This document shows, piece after piece, positions 46,375 through 58,385 of a stretch of 64,000 nt of DNA. The notes beneath the pieces were generated by a model that had not been told where the DNA came from, did no database searches, and saw only the letters and a program-made list of their open reading frames with translations. Each line of letters opens with the position of its first letter. Positions within the stretch are counted from its first letter, which is position 1. The DNA comes from Escherichia phage ES19. Location: the sequence record MN508616.2. The stretch is one strand, 5' to 3'. Position numbers and translations under genes: made by a program.

Positions 46375-48085
46375 TAACCTTAATTGGTTTGTTGGTGTTG
46401 TTGAAGATAGAATGGACCCATTAAAATTAGGTCGTGTTCGTGTTCGTGTGGTTGGTCTGCATCCACCTCAAAGAGCACAAGGCGATGTAATGGGTATTCC
46501 AACTGAAAAATTACCATGGATGTCAGTTATTCAACCTATAACTTCTGCAGCAATGTCTGGAATTGGAGGTTCTGTTACTGGACCGGTAGAAGGAACTAGA
46601 GTTTATGGTCATTTTTTAGACAAATGGAAAACTAACGGAATTGTCCTTGGCACGTATGGTGGAATAGTTCGCGAAAAACCGAATAGACTTGAAGGATTTT
46701 CTGACCCAACTGGGCAATATCCTAGACGTTTAGGAAATGATACTAATGTATTAAACCAAGGCGGAGAAGTAGGATATGATTCGTCTTCTAACATTATCCA
46801 AGATAGTAACTTAGACACTGCAATAAATCCCGATGATAGACCACTATCAGAGATTCCAACCGATGATAATCCAAATATGTCAATGGCTGAAATGCTTCGC
46901 CGTGATGAAGGATTAAGATTAAAAGTTTATTGGGATACCGAAGGATATCCGACAATTGGTATTGGTCATCTTATCATGAAGCAGCCAGTTCGTGATATGG
47001 CTCAAATTAATAAAGTTTTATCAAAACAAGTTGGTCGTGAAATTACTGGAAACCCAGGTTCTATTACGATGGAAGAGGCGACGACTTTATTTGAACGTGA
47101 TTTGGCTGATATGCAACGGGACATTAAATCACATTCTAAAGTAGGACCAGTCTGGCAAGCTGTCAACCGTTCTCGTCAAATGGCGTTAGAAAATATGGCA
47201 TTTCAGATGGGTGTTGGTGGTGTAGCTAAATTTAACACAATGTTAACTGCTATGTTAGCAGGAGATTGGGAAAAAGCGTATAAAGCTGGTCGTGATTCAT
47301 TATGGTATCAACAAACAAAAGGCCGTGCATCCCGTGTTACCATGATTATTCTTACGGGAAATTTAGAATCATATGGCGTTGAAGTGAAAACCCCAGCTAG
47401 GTCTCTATCAGCAATGGCTGCTACTGTAGCTAAATCTTCTGACCCTGCTGACCCTCCTATTCCAAATGACTCGAGAATTTTATTCAAAGAACCAGTTTCT
47501 TCATATAAAGGTGAATATCCTTATGTGCATACAATGGAAACTGAAAGTGGACATATTCAGGAATTTGATGATACCCCTGGGCAAGAACGATACAGATTAG
47601 TTCATCCAACTGGAACTTATGAAGAAGTATCACCGTCAGGAAGAAGAACAAGAAAAACTGTTGATAATTTGTATGATATAACCAACGCTGATGGTAATTT
47701 TTTGGTAGCCGGTGATAAAAAGACTAACGTCGGTGGATCAGAAATTTATTACAACATGGATAATCGTCTTCACCAGATAGATGGAAGCAATACAATATTT
47801 GTACGTGGCGACGAAACGAAAACTGTTGAAGGCAATGGAACTATCCTAGTTAAAGGTAATGTTACTATTGTAGTTGAAGGTAATGCTGACATTACAGTTA
47901 AAGGAGATGCTACCACTTTAGTTGAAGGAAATCAAACTAACACAGTAAATGGAAATCTTTCTTGGAAAGTTGCTGGGACAGTTGATTGGGACGTTGGTGG
48001 TGATTGGACAGAAAAAATGGCATCTATGAGTTCTATTTCATCTGGTCAATACACAATTGATGGATCGAGGATTGACATTGGCTAA
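46358..48085 (+). CDS. 5: baseplate central spike with lysozyme domain gp5
   Basis: 575 aa; internal T4-lysozyme-like domain MLRRDEGLRLKVYWDTEGYPTIGIGHL; C-terminal VxGxxxxx beta-helix repeats. Confidence 0.95.
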   Translation: MEMISNNLNWFVGVVEDRMDPLKLGRVRVRVVGLHPPQRAQGDVMGIPTEKLPWMSVIQPITSAAMSGIGGSVTGPVEGTRVYGHFLDKWKTNGIVLGTYGGIVREKPNRLEGFSDPTGQYPRRLGNDTNVLNQGGEVGYDSSSNIIQDSNLDTAINPDDRPLSEIPTDDNPNMSMAEMLRRDEGLRLKVYWDTEGYPTIGIGHLIMKQPVRDMAQINKVLSKQVGREITGNPGSITMEEATTLFERDLADMQRDIKSHSKVGPVWQAVNRSRQMALENMAFQMGVGGVAKFNTMLTAMLAGDWEKAYKAGRDSLWYQQTKGRASRVTMIILTGNLESYGVEVKTPARSLSAMAATVAKSSDPADPPIPNDSRILFKEPVSSYKGEYPYVHTMETESGHIQEFDDTPGQERYRLVHPTGTYEEVSPSGRRTRKTVDNLYDITNADGNFLVAGDKKTNVGGSEIYYNMDNRLHQIDGSNTIFVRGDETKTVEGNGTILVKGNVTIVVEGNADITVKGDATTLVEGNQTNTVNGNLSWKVAGTVDWDVGGDWTEKMASMSSISSGQYTIDGSRIDIG

Positions 48086-48095
48086 TATACTTCCA

Positions 48096-48614
48096 ATGAG
48101 CGCTGATTTAGGAGAATCCATGGAAGGTTCTTCTATCGACGTCACCTTTACCGCTCAATTAGAAACAGGTGAAACGTTAGTATCTATAAATATAACTAGT
48201 TACGAAGAAACTCCTGGGGTTTTAGTAGAAGAAAATCGCTTATACGGAACATATGAATCTGTGTTTGGATTTGGAAATGACGCGTTGAAATATCGTTTAG
48301 GCGATGAATTTAAAACTGCTGCTTCATGGGAAGAACTTCCTACTGATTCTGATACTCAGTTGTATTTATGGAAAGCTCCTCAAAACCTCCAGAAGACATT
48401 CACTTACGAAGTAACATTAATATATGACTACCAAGAACAAAGTGAATCTGGAGGTTCTGGCAGTAATTCTAGGTCATCTTCTGATACTACTGAACCGACA
48501 GATCCTCCTGCTCCAGTAAGAAAAACTCTCGTTAAAAATTATACTAAAACTATAGTTGGAAATTGGAGTCGTTGGGCTAATAAATTAAGAAGCTATGTGT
48601 ATGAGAGGTCATAG
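48096..48614 (+). CDS. hypothetical protein (5.1 position)
   Basis: ORF between genes 5 and 5.4; start uncertain (ATG at 48096 after the gp5 stop, or ATG at 48060 overlapping gp5). Confidence 0.4.
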
Positions 48615-48908
48615 ATGTCAGGATTAAGTTATGATAAGTGTGTTACTGCCGGCCATGAAGCATGGCCTCCAACAGTTGTGAATGCTACACAAAGTAAAGT
48701 ATTCACTGGAGGAATTGCTGTTCTCGTAGCAGGTGATCCAATTACAGAACATACAGAAATTAAAAAGCCATATGAAACACATGGCGGAGTGACACAACCT
48801 AGAACTTCTAAGGTATATGTCACTGGAAAGAAAGCGGTTCAAATGGCTGATCCAATATCATGCGGTGATACTGTGGCTCAGGCATCATCTAAAGTATTCA
48901 TTAAATAG
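48615..48908 (+). CDS. 5.4: PAAR-repeat spike tip protein gp5.4
   Basis: 97 aa, Cys/His-containing small beta-rich protein at the T4 5.4 position. Confidence 0.7.
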
Positions 48909-48916
48909 GATTTAAA

Positions 48917-50899
48917 ATGGCAAATACCCCTGTAAATTATCAATTAACAAGAACAGCAAATGCTATTCCCGAGATATTCGTCGGGGGTACATTTGCTGAA
49001 ATAAAACAAAACCTCATTGAATGGCTTAATGGCCAAAATGAATTTTTGGATTATGATTTTGAAGGCTCAAGATTAAACGTTCTGTGCGACCTTTTGGCTT
49101 ATAATACGCTGTACATTCAACAGTTTGGTAATGCTGCTGTGTATGAAAGCTTTATGCGTACTGCTAACTTACGAAGTTCAGTTGTTCAAGCTGCACAAGA
49201 TAACGGATATTTACCTACTTCAAAATCCGCTGCGCAGACCGAAATTATGTTAACATGCACCGACGCATTGAATAGGAATTACATTACTATTCCTCGCGGA
49301 ACTCGCTTTTTAGCATATGCAAAAGATACTTCTGTTAATCCATATAACTTCGTTTCTACCGAAGACGTTATTGCTATTCGTGATAAAAATAACCAATATT
49401 TTCCGCGTTTAAAATTGGCCCAGGGACGTATAGTAAGAACTGAAATCATTTATGATAAATTAACACCTATTATCATTTATGATAAAAATATTGATAGAAA
49501 CCAGGTTAAATTATACGTTGATGGAGCAGAATGGATTAACTGGACAAGAAAGTCAATGGTTCATGCTGGTTCTACATCGACAATTTACTACATGCGTGAA
49601 ACTATTGATGGAAATACTGAATTCTATTTTGGTGAAGGTGAAATTTCTGTTAATGCTTCTGAAGGAGCTTTGACCGCTAATTATATCGGAGGTCTTAAAC
49701 CTACTCAGAACTCTACGATTGTTATTGAGTACATCAGTACTAATGGCGCTGACGCGAACGGAGCAGTCGGATTTTCATACGCAGATACATTAACAAATAT
49801 AACTGTCATCAATATTAATGAAAATCCAAACGATGACCCAGATTTTGTTGGGGCAGATGGCGGCGGTGATCCAGAAGATATTGAGCGTATCCGCGAATTG
49901 GGTACTATTAAACGCGAAACCCAGCAACGCTGCGTAACTGCGACTGACTATGATACATTCGTTTCAGAGAGATTTGGTTCTATTATTCAAGCAGTTCAGA
50001 CTTTCACTGATTCTACTAAACCTGGTTATGCATTTATTGCTGCTAAACCTAAATCAGGTCTGTATTTAACTACTGTACAGCGTGAAGATATTAAAAATTA
50101 TCTCAAAGACTATAATTTAGCTCCTATTACGCCATCAATTATTTCTCCTAATTATCTTTTTATTAAGACTAATTTAAAAGTCACATATGCTTTAAATAAG
50201 CTGCAAGAATCCGAACAGTGGCTCGAAGGTCAAATAATTGATAAAATTGATCGTTATTATACCGAAGACGTAGAAATTTTTAATTCATCTTTCGCTAAAT
50301 CTAAGATGTTGACATATGTAGATGATGCAGATCATTCTATCATTGGCTCATCAGCGACAATTCAAATTGTTCGTGAAGTACAAAACTTCTATAAAACGCC
50401 TGAAGCAGGTATTAAATACAATAATCAAATAAAAGATCGTTCTATGGAATCTAATACGTTTTCATTTAATTCTGGACGAAAGGTTGTAAATCCTGATACT
50501 GGTTTAGAAGAAGATGTATTATATGACGTTCGCATAGTATCAACAGACCGAGATTCTAAAGGAATTGGTAAAGTTATTATTGGTCCATTTGCTTCTGGCG
50601 ATGTTACAGAAAATGAAAACATTCAGCCATATACAGGCAACGATTTTAACAAATTAGCAAATTCTGATGGACGCGACAAATACTATGTTATCGGTGAAAT
50701 AAATTATCCAGCTGATGTGATTTATTGGAATATCGCTAAAATTAATTTAACATCTGAAAAATTTGAAGTTCAGACCATCGAATTATATTCTGACCCAACC
50801 GATGATGTTATCTTTACTCGCGACGGTTCACTGATTGTATTTGAAAATGACTTACGTCCACAATACTTAACTATCGATTTGGAGCCTATATCACAATGA
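48917..50899 (+). CDS. 6: baseplate wedge protein gp6
   Basis: 660 aa; T4 gp6 length and position. Confidence 0.9.
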   Translation: MANTPVNYQLTRTANAIPEIFVGGTFAEIKQNLIEWLNGQNEFLDYDFEGSRLNVLCDLLAYNTLYIQQFGNAAVYESFMRTANLRSSVVQAAQDNGYLPTSKSAAQTEIMLTCTDALNRNYITIPRGTRFLAYAKDTSVNPYNFVSTEDVIAIRDKNNQYFPRLKLAQGRIVRTEIIYDKLTPIIIYDKNIDRNQVKLYVDGAEWINWTRKSMVHAGSTSTIYYMRETIDGNTEFYFGEGEISVNASEGALTANYIGGLKPTQNSTIVIEYISTNGADANGAVGFSYADTLTNITVININENPNDDPDFVGADGGGDPEDIERIRELGTIKRETQQRCVTATDYDTFVSERFGSIIQAVQTFTDSTKPGYAFIAAKPKSGLYLTTVQREDIKNYLKDYNLAPITPSIISPNYLFIKTNLKVTYALNKLQESEQWLEGQIIDKIDRYYTEDVEIFNSSFAKSKMLTYVDDADHSIIGSSATIQIVREVQNFYKTPEAGIKYNNQIKDRSMESNTFSFNSGRKVVNPDTGLEEDVLYDVRIVSTDRDSKGIGKVIIGPFASGDVTENENIQPYTGNDFNKLANSDGRDKYYVIGEINYPADVIYWNIAKINLTSEKFEVQTIELYSDPTDDVIFTRDGSLIVFENDLRPQYLTIDLEPISQ

Positions 50900-53800
50900 C
50901 AGTAAAAGCACCTTCAGTCACTAGTCTCAGAATTTCCAAGTTATCCGCAAATCAGGTGCAAGTACGCTGGGATGACGTTGGTGCTAATTTCTACTATTTT
51001 GTAGAAATCGCTGAGACAAAAACGAACTCGGGGGAAAATCTCCCGAGTAATCAATACAGATGGATTAACTTAGGATATACTGCAAATAACAGCTTCTTTT
51101 TTGATGATGCTGACCCATTGACATCATACATTATCAGAGTAGCTACAGCTGCGCAAGATTTTGAGCAGTCTGATTGGATTTATACCGAAGAGTTTGAAAC
51201 TTTTGCTACAAATGCTTATACATTTCAAAACATGATTGAAATGCAATTAGCCAATAAATTCATTCAGGAAAAATTTACTCTTAATAATTCTGATTATGTT
51301 AATTTTAACAATGACACTATAATGGCTGCATTGATGAATGAATCATTTCAATTCAGCCCATCGTATGTTGATGTTTCATCAATAAGTAATTTTATTATTG
51401 GTGAAAATGAGTATCATGAAATACAAGGTTCTATTCAGCAAGTATGTAAGGATATTAACCGAGTTTATTTGATGGAATCAGAAGGAATTCTATATCTTTT
51501 TGAGCGCTATCAACCTGTAGTTAAAGTATCCAATGATAAAGGACAAACCTGGAAAGCCGTAAAGCTCTTCAATGACCGTGTAGGATATCCTTTATCTAAG
51601 ACAGTATATTACCAATCTGCGAACACAACATACGTTCTAGGATACGACAAGATTTTCTATGGCCGTAAATCGACTGACGTTAGATGGTCAGCAGATGATG
51701 TCAGATTCAGTTCGCAGGATATAACATTTGCTAAACTTGGCGACCAGTTACATTTAGGATTTGATGTAGAAATCTTTGGTACTTATGCGACTTTACCAGC
51801 GAATGTATATCGTATAGCTGAAGCCATTACTTGTACGGATGATTATATCTATGTTGTTGCCAGAGATAAAGTTAGATATATAAAAACGAGCAATGCACCT
51901 ATAGATTCTGATCCATTATTTCCAACATATTCGGAAAGGCTATTTGAACCTGATACAATGACTATAACTGGAAATCCTAAAGCAGTATGCTATAAAATGG
52001 ATTCTATTGGTGATAAAGTTTTTGCTCTTATTATCGGTGAAGTTGAAACATTAAATGCTAATCCTAGAACGTCAAAAATAATTGATTCTACTGATAAAGG
52101 AATATATGTTTTAAATCATGACACAAAAACGTGGAAAAGAGTTTTTGGCAACACTGAAGAAGAAAGAAGACGTATTCAACCTGGGTATGCGAATATGTCA
52201 ACTGATGGTAAATTAGTTTCTCTATCTTCGAGTAATTTTAAATTTTTAAATGATAACGTTGTTAATGACCCTGAAACTGTAGCAAAATATCAGTTAATCG
52301 GTGCCGTTAAATATGAATTTCCTCGTGAATGGTTAGCTGATAAGCATTATCATATGATGGCATTTATAGCAGATGAAAAGTCTGATTGGGAAACTTTTAC
52401 GCCTCAGCCAATGAAATACTATGCAGAACCATTCTTTAACTGGTCTAAAAAGTCTAATACACGGTGCTGGATAAACAACTCTAATAGAGCTGTAGTAGTT
52501 TATGCTGATTTAAAATACACTAAAGTTATAGAAAATATTCCGGAAACATCACCAGATAGATTAGTTCATGAATACTGGGATGATGGTGATTGTACGATAG
52601 TAATGCCAAATGTTAAATTCACGGGATTTAAAAAATATGCGTCTGGGATGCTTTTTTATAAATCTTCTGGTGAAATAATTTCTTATTATGATTTTAACTA
52701 TCGTGTGAGAGATACAGTAGAAATTATTTGGAAGCCGACTGGAGTATTTTTAAAAGCATTTTTACAAAACCAAGAGCATGAGACTCCTTGGTCGCCAGAA
52801 GAAGAGCATGGATTAGCTGACCCTGATTTAAGACCATTAATTGGCACAATGATGCCTGATTCTTATTTGTTGCAGGATTCGAATTTTGAGGCATTTTGTG
52901 AAGCATATATTCAATATCTTTCTGACGGATACGGAACTCAGTATAATAATTTACGAAATTTAATTCGTAATCAGTATCCACGAGAAGAGCATGCGTGGGA
53001 ATATTTGTGGTCAGAGATATATAAAAGAAACATTTATTTAAATGCTGACAAACGTGATGCTGTTGCAAGATTTTTTGAATCACGTAGTTATGATTTTTAT
53101 TCTACTAAAGGAATTGAAGCATCATACAAATTTCTTTTTAAAGTTCTTTATAATGAAGAAGTTGAAATTGAAATTGAATCTGGGGCTGGTACTGAATATG
53201 ACATAATCGTTCAATCTGATTCTTTGACTGAAGATTTAGTAGGACAAACGATTTATACAGCCACAGGAAGATGTAATGTTACTTATATAGAAAGAAGTTA
53301 TTCTAATGGTAAATTGCAATGGACCGTAACTATTCATAATCTTTTGGGAAGATTAATTGCTGGTCAAGAAGTTAAAGCAGAAAGACTCCCTAGTTTTGAA
53401 GGCGAAATTATTCGTGGAGTTAAAGGAAAGGATTTGCTTCAAAACAATATAGACTATATTAATAGAAGTAGATCATACTATGTAATGAAAATTAAATCCA
53501 ATTTACCTTCTTCCCGCTGGAAATCTGACGTTATTCGTTTTGTTCATCCAGTAGGATTTGGATTTATAGCAATTACCCTTTTAACGATGTTTATTAATGT
53601 TGGTTTAACTCTTAAACATACAGAGACTATAATTAATAAATACAAAAACTATAAATGGGATTCTGGATTGCCTACTGAATATGCTGATAGAGTAGCTAAA
53701 TTAACTCCAACCGGTGAAATTGAGTATGATTCAGTAACAGGCGAAGCAATTTATGAGCCTGGCCCAATGGCTGGTGTAGAATATCCTCTTCCTGATGACT

Positions 53801-53994
53801 ATAATGCTGAAAATAATAATTCAATATTTCAAGGTCAATTGCCGTCTGAACGACGTAAATTAATGAGTCCCCTATTTGATGCTTCTGGAACAACATTTGC
53901 GCAATTTAGGGATTTAGTTAATAAACGTCTAAAAGATAATATAGGAAATCCAAGAGACCCTGAAAATCCAACACAGGTTAAAATAGATGAATGA
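50896..53994 (+). CDS. 7: baseplate wedge protein gp7
   Basis: 1032 aa; T4 gp7 length and position. Confidence 0.9.
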   Translation: MTVKAPSVTSLRISKLSANQVQVRWDDVGANFYYFVEIAETKTNSGENLPSNQYRWINLGYTANNSFFFDDADPLTSYIIRVATAAQDFEQSDWIYTEEFETFATNAYTFQNMIEMQLANKFIQEKFTLNNSDYVNFNNDTIMAALMNESFQFSPSYVDVSSISNFIIGENEYHEIQGSIQQVCKDINRVYLMESEGILYLFERYQPVVKVSNDKGQTWKAVKLFNDRVGYPLSKTVYYQSANTTYVLGYDKIFYGRKSTDVRWSADDVRFSSQDITFAKLGDQLHLGFDVEIFGTYATLPANVYRIAEAITCTDDYIYVVARDKVRYIKTSNAPIDSDPLFPTYSERLFEPDTMTITGNPKAVCYKMDSIGDKVFALIIGEVETLNANPRTSKIIDSTDKGIYVLNHDTKTWKRVFGNTEEERRRIQPGYANMSTDGKLVSLSSSNFKFLNDNVVNDPETVAKYQLIGAVKYEFPREWLADKHYHMMAFIADEKSDWETFTPQPMKYYAEPFFNWSKKSNTRCWINNSNRAVVVYADLKYTKVIENIPETSPDRLVHEYWDDGDCTIVMPNVKFTGFKKYASGMLFYKSSGEIISYYDFNYRVRDTVEIIWKPTGVFLKAFLQNQEHETPWSPEEEHGLADPDLRPLIGTMMPDSYLLQDSNFEAFCEAYIQYLSDGYGTQYNNLRNLIRNQYPREEHAWEYLWSEIYKRNIYLNADKRDAVARFFESRSYDFYSTKGIEASYKFLFKVLYNEEVEIEIESGAGTEYDIIVQSDSLTEDLVGQTIYTATGRCNVTYIERSYSNGKLQWTVTIHNLLGRLIAGQEVKAERLPSFEGEIIRGVKGKDLLQNNIDYINRSRSYYVMKIKSNLPSSRWKSDVIRFVHPVGFGFIAITLLTMFINVGLTLKHTETIINKYKNYKWDSGLPTEYADRVAKLTPTGEIEYDSVTGEAIYEPGPMAGVEYPLPDDYNAENNNSIFQGQLPSERRKLMSPLFDASGTTFAQFRDLVNKRLKDNIGNPRDPENPTQVKIDE

Positions 53995-54991
53995 TTCAAG
54001 TGTTATCTATCGTGCGATAGTTACTTCAAAATTTAGAACAGAAAAAATGCTGAATTTTTATAATTCAATTGGAAGTGGTCCGGATAAAAACACTATCTTT
54101 ATCACATTTGGAAGATCAGAACCGTGGTCATCAAATGAAAATGAGGTGGGCTTTGCCCCACCTTATCCAACCGATTCTGTATTAGGCGTAACTGACATGT
54201 GGACGCATATGATGGGAACAGTAAAAGTTCTTCCATCAATGCTTGATGCTGTTATTCCTCGCAGAGATTGGGGAGATACTAGATATCCGGATCCATACAC
54301 ATTTAGAATTAACGATATTGTAGTGTGTAACTCAGCTCCTTACAACGCTACTGAATCAGGCGCAGGCTGGTTAGTATATCGTTGTTTAGATGTTCCTGAT
54401 ACCGGAATGTGTTCAATAGCATCTTTAACTAATAAGGATGAATGCCTCAAATTAGGCGGAAAATGGACTCCTTCTGTTAGGTCAATGACTCCTCCTGAAG
54501 GTCGAGGAGATGCGGAAGGAACAATCGAACCTGGAGACGGATATGTTTGGGAATATCTTTTTGAGATTCCGCCCGATGTATCTATAAATAGATGCACAAA
54601 TGAATATATCGTAGTTCCTTGGCCTGAGGAATTAAAAGAAGACCCAACTAGATGGGGGTATGAAGATAATCTCACTTGGCAACAAGATGATTTTGGATTA
54701 ATTTACCGGGTTAAGGCAAATACTATCCGTTTTAAAGCATATTTAGATTCAGTTTACTTTCCTGATGCTGCATTGCCAGGAAATAAAGGATTTAGACAAA
54801 TATCAATAATCACAAATCCTCTTGAAGCTAAAGCTCATCCAAATGACCCAAATGTTAAAGCTGAAAAGGATTATTATGATCCAGAAGATTTAATGAGGCA
54901 TTCGGGCGAAATGATTTATATGGAAAATAGGCCACCTATTATCATGGCAATGGATCAGACAGAAGAAATCAATATTCTGTTTACATTTTAA
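53987..54991 (+). CDS. 8: baseplate wedge protein gp8
   Basis: 334 aa; T4 gp8 length and position. Confidence 0.9.
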   Translation: MNDSSVIYRAIVTSKFRTEKMLNFYNSIGSGPDKNTIFITFGRSEPWSSNENEVGFAPPYPTDSVLGVTDMWTHMMGTVKVLPSMLDAVIPRRDWGDTRYPDPYTFRINDIVVCNSAPYNATESGAGWLVYRCLDVPDTGMCSIASLTNKDECLKLGGKWTPSVRSMTPPEGRGDAEGTIEPGDGYVWEYLFEIPPDVSINRCTNEYIVVPWPEELKEDPTRWGYEDNLTWQQDDFGLIYRVKANTIRFKAYLDSVYFPDAALPGNKGFRQISIITNPLEAKAHPNDPNVKAEKDYYDPEDLMRHSGEMIYMENRPPIIMAMDQTEEINILFTF

Positions 54992-54996
54992 ATTAA

Positions 54997-55019
54997 GGGA
55001 GCCCATGGGCTCCCTTTTT
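54997..55019 (+). terminator. rho-independent terminator after gene 8
   Basis: gggagcc-catg-ggctccc followed by ttttt. Confidence 0.6.
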
Positions 55020-55022
55020 CTT

Positions 55023-55030
55023 TATAAATA
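55023..55030 (+). promoter_or_regulatory. T4 late promoter TATAAATA for gene 9
   Basis: tataaata on plus, 25 nt upstream of the gene 9 ATG. Confidence 0.6.
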
Positions 55031-55054
55031 CTATAAACTCATAAGGAAACCGCT

Positions 55055-55921
55055 ATGTTCATTCAAGAACCAAAGAAATTGATTGATACCGGCGAAATTG
55101 GTAACGCTTCTACTGGTGATATCTTATTCGACGGTGGTAATAAAATTAATAGTGATTTTAACGCAATTTATAATGCGTTTGGCGATCAGCGTAAAATGGC
55201 AGTAGCAAATGGCACTGGAGCAGATGGTCAAATTATCCATGCTACTGGATATTATCAAAAGCACTCTATCGCGGAGTACGCAACTCCAGTGAAAGTTGGC
55301 ACTAGACATGATATTGATACCTCTACTGTAGGTGTTAAAGTTATTATTGAAAGAGGAGAACTTGGCGATTGTGTTGAATTCATTAACTCTAATGGATCAA
55401 TATCAGTTACTAATCCTTTAACGATTCAGGCTATTGATTCAATTAAAGGTGTTTCGGGTAATTTGGTAGTAACTAGCCCATATAGTAAAGTTACTTTACG
55501 TTGTATTTCATCTGATAATTCTACGTCAGTTTGGAATTATTCTATTGAAAGTATGTTTGGCCAAAAGGAATCACCGGCCGAAGGTACATGGAATATTTCT
55601 ACATCTGGGTCAGTTGACATTCCATTGTTTCATCGTACTGAATATAACATGGCTAAATTGTTAGTTACATGCCAATCAGTAGATGGAAGAAAAATTAAAA
55701 CGGCAGAAATAAATATTCTTGTAGATACTGTTAATTCAGCGGTCATTTCTTCTGAATATGCTGTCATGCGGGTTGGAAATGAAACAGAAGAAGACGAAAT
55801 CGCTAATATTGCATTTAGTATTAAAGAAAATTATGTAACGGCAACTATAAGTTCTTCAACTGTCGGTATGAGAGCAGCAGTTAAAGTTATCGCTACGCAG
55901 AAAATCGGGGTGGCTCAATAA
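55055..55921 (+). CDS. 9: baseplate wedge / long tail fiber socket gp9
   Basis: 288 aa; T4 gp9 length and position. Confidence 0.9.
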   Translation: MFIQEPKKLIDTGEIGNASTGDILFDGGNKINSDFNAIYNAFGDQRKMAVANGTGADGQIIHATGYYQKHSIAEYATPVKVGTRHDIDTSTVGVKVIIERGELGDCVEFINSNGSISVTNPLTIQAIDSIKGVSGNLVVTSPYSKVTLRCISSDNSTSVWNYSIESMFGQKESPAEGTWNISTSGSVDIPLFHRTEYNMAKLLVTCQSVDGRKIKTAEINILVDTVNSAVISSEYAVMRVGNETEEDEIANIAFSIKENYVTATISSSTVGMRAAVKVIATQKIGVAQ

Positions 55922-57726
55922 TGAAACAAAATATTAATATCGGTAATGTTGTTGATGATGGTACCGGTGACTACCTGCGTAAAGGTGGTATAAAAATAAA
56001 TGAAAACTTTGATGAACTTTATTATGAACTTGGCGATGGAGATGTTCCATATTCAGCCGGTGCCTGGAAAACTTATAATGCTTCATCCGGTCAAACATTA
56101 AAAGCTAAGTGGGGAAAATCATACGCTATTAATACCTCTTCTGGAAGAGTAACTTTACAACTTCCTAAAGGAACTGTTAATGATTATAATAAAGTAATTA
56201 GAGCTAGGGATGTATTTGCAACATGGAACATTAATCCAGTTACTTTAGTAGCTGCTTCTGGGGATACAATTAAAGGGTCGTCATCGTCAGTTGAAATTAA
56301 TATTCAATTTAGTGATTTAGAGCTCGTTTATTGTGCTCCAGGACGTTGGGAATATGTCAAAAACAAACAAATTGACAAAATTATTAGTTCAGATATTAGT
56401 AATGTAGCACGTAAAGAATTTTTAGTCGAAGTTCAAGGACAAACAGACTTTTTAGATGTTTTCCGCGGAACTAGCTATAATGTTAATAACATCCGAGTAA
56501 AACACCGCGGTAACGAATTATATTACGGCGATGTATTTAGTGAAAACAGTGACTTTGGCTCTCCTGGGGAAAATGAAGGAGAATTAATTCCTCTTGATGG
56601 ATTTAATATTAGGTTAAGACAGCCTTGTAATATTGGCGACACTGTTCAAATTGAAACGTTTATGGATGGTGTATCACAATGGAGAAGTTCATATACAAGA
56701 CGCCAAATAAAAGTGTTAGATTCAAAACTAACATCAAAGACTTCTTTAGAAGGAAGCATTTATGTTACTGATTTATCGGCGATGAAATCAATTCCATTTT
56801 CAGCTTTTGGATTAATTCCTGGCGAACCCATTAATCCTAATTCTCTTGAGGTTCGTTTTAATGGAATTTTACAGCAACAGGCTGGAACAGCTGGGTATCC
56901 TCTGTTTTTGTGCGAAGGCGCTAATTCAGATACGCAAGAAGGATGTATATCTCTTGGTGGCGAATGGAAAGAATCAAATACAGATTATTCTATAGAATAT
57001 GAAGATGGAAAACCTACCAGTCTTTTATTTGATAGAAAATTTGAATCAGGCGATATAATCGTTATAACGTGGTTCAATAATGATTTAGGAACTCTTTTAG
57101 AAAAAGATGACATCATTGAATTGACTGATGACCGTTATGTTAGCAAAGGATCGTCTACCGAAGTTACTGGCGATGTAGCCTTAACAGATTTTGATAAAAT
57201 TGGCTGGCCAAATGTTGAAAAAGTTGATTCTTATACTAGAACGTATAATTCAATATCATCTATTTTCGATAGCATTTATCCTGTAGGTTCAATTTATGAA
57301 AATGCTATAAACCCAAATAATCCGGTGACTTATATGGGGTTTGGTTCGTGGAAATTATTTGGTAAAGGACAAGTTTTAGTAGGATGGAATGATGATGTTA
57401 CAGATCCAAACTTTGCATTAAACAATAATGATTTAGATTCTAGCGGAAATCCTTCACACACTGCCGGTGGAACAGTTGGAACAACGTCAGTAACGCTTGA
57501 AAATGCAAATCTTCCTGCGACTAAAACTGACGAAAGAGTTTTAATTGAAGATGAAAATGGATCAGTTATTATTGGAGGTTGTCAATATGACCCAGATGAA
57601 ACTGGTCCTATATATACAAAATATCGTGAAGACTATGCAACAACAAACTCTTCACATACTCCTCCTACTAATATTAGTAATATTCAACCGTCTATTACTG
57701 TATACCGTTGGATAAGGATTGCATAA
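55921..57726 (+). CDS. 10: baseplate wedge protein gp10
   Basis: 601 aa; T4 gp10 length and position. Confidence 0.9.
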   Translation: MKQNINIGNVVDDGTGDYLRKGGIKINENFDELYYELGDGDVPYSAGAWKTYNASSGQTLKAKWGKSYAINTSSGRVTLQLPKGTVNDYNKVIRARDVFATWNINPVTLVAASGDTIKGSSSSVEINIQFSDLELVYCAPGRWEYVKNKQIDKIISSDISNVARKEFLVEVQGQTDFLDVFRGTSYNVNNIRVKHRGNELYYGDVFSENSDFGSPGENEGELIPLDGFNIRLRQPCNIGDTVQIETFMDGVSQWRSSYTRRQIKVLDSKLTSKTSLEGSIYVTDLSAMKSIPFSAFGLIPGEPINPNSLEVRFNGILQQQAGTAGYPLFLCEGANSDTQEGCISLGGEWKESNTDYSIEYEDGKPTSLLFDRKFESGDIIVITWFNNDLGTLLEKDDIIELTDDRYVSKGSSTEVTGDVALTDFDKIGWPNVEKVDSYTRTYNSISSIFDSIYPVGSIYENAINPNNPVTYMGFGSWKLFGKGQVLVGWNDDVTDPNFALNNNDLDSSGNPSHTAGGTVGTTSVTLENANLPATKTDERVLIEDENGSVIIGGCQYDPDETGPIYTKYREDYATTNSSHTPPTNISNIQPSITVYRWIRIA

Positions 57727-58385
57727 TGAGTTTACTTAATAATAAAGCGGGAGTTATTTCCCGCTTAGCGGATTTTCTTGGTTTTAGAACTAAGAAAAAT
57801 GATATTTCGATTATGAATAATCAGCCAGTAGGCGCTGTAACAATTTCACAAATATCAAAAGGTTTTTATGATTCAAATGTAGAATCTGCTATCAATGACG
57901 TTAGAAATATGGCAGAGCAACCGGTTGGAGCTGTATTAGTTAATATAAGCGGCGTATCTCCTACTGGCGTGCAACAAACCGACTATTGGTCATTTGAAGG
58001 AACTGTTACTGATACTTCAGTCAAATCAGGTGACCCAGTTATTGTTAACATGTTTGGTATTCCAGTTAAAGCTACTAATGGAATGACTTCAATTGAATTT
58101 ACTAGTGCCGTTAGAATAGCTCTACAGGAAATGGTTGTAAAATTTATTGCAATTGATTCATTTGAAGACCATCCTACCATAGGAAATAAAATACAAGTTA
58201 AGTATTTAGATAACCAAGAACATATCTTAGAACAATACTCTGATAAAGGAATTACTTTCAAACAGGAAATAATTTCTCCTTCTAAACCTGGGTATGGAAC
58301 TTGGCAATTATTAGGTGCGCAAACTGTTACGCTAGATAGTCACACACAACCTACAGTATTTTATTATTTTGAGAGAGTAGCATGA
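57726..58385 (+). CDS. 11: baseplate wedge / short tail fiber connector gp11
   Basis: 219 aa from ATG at 57726 ([21 protein letters not shown]...), overlapping the gp10 stop (TAATG); the track start 57708 is an extension. Confidence 0.85.
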   Translation: MSLLNNKAGVISRLADFLGFRTKKNDISIMNNQPVGAVTISQISKGFYDSNVESAINDVRNMAEQPVGAVLVNISGVSPTGVQQTDYWSFEGTVTDTSVKSGDPVIVNMFGIPVKATNGMTSIEFTSAVRIALQEMVVKFIAIDSFEDHPTIGNKIQVKYLDNQEHILEQYSDKGITFKQEIISPSKPGYGTWQLLGAQTVTLDSHTQPTVFYYFERVA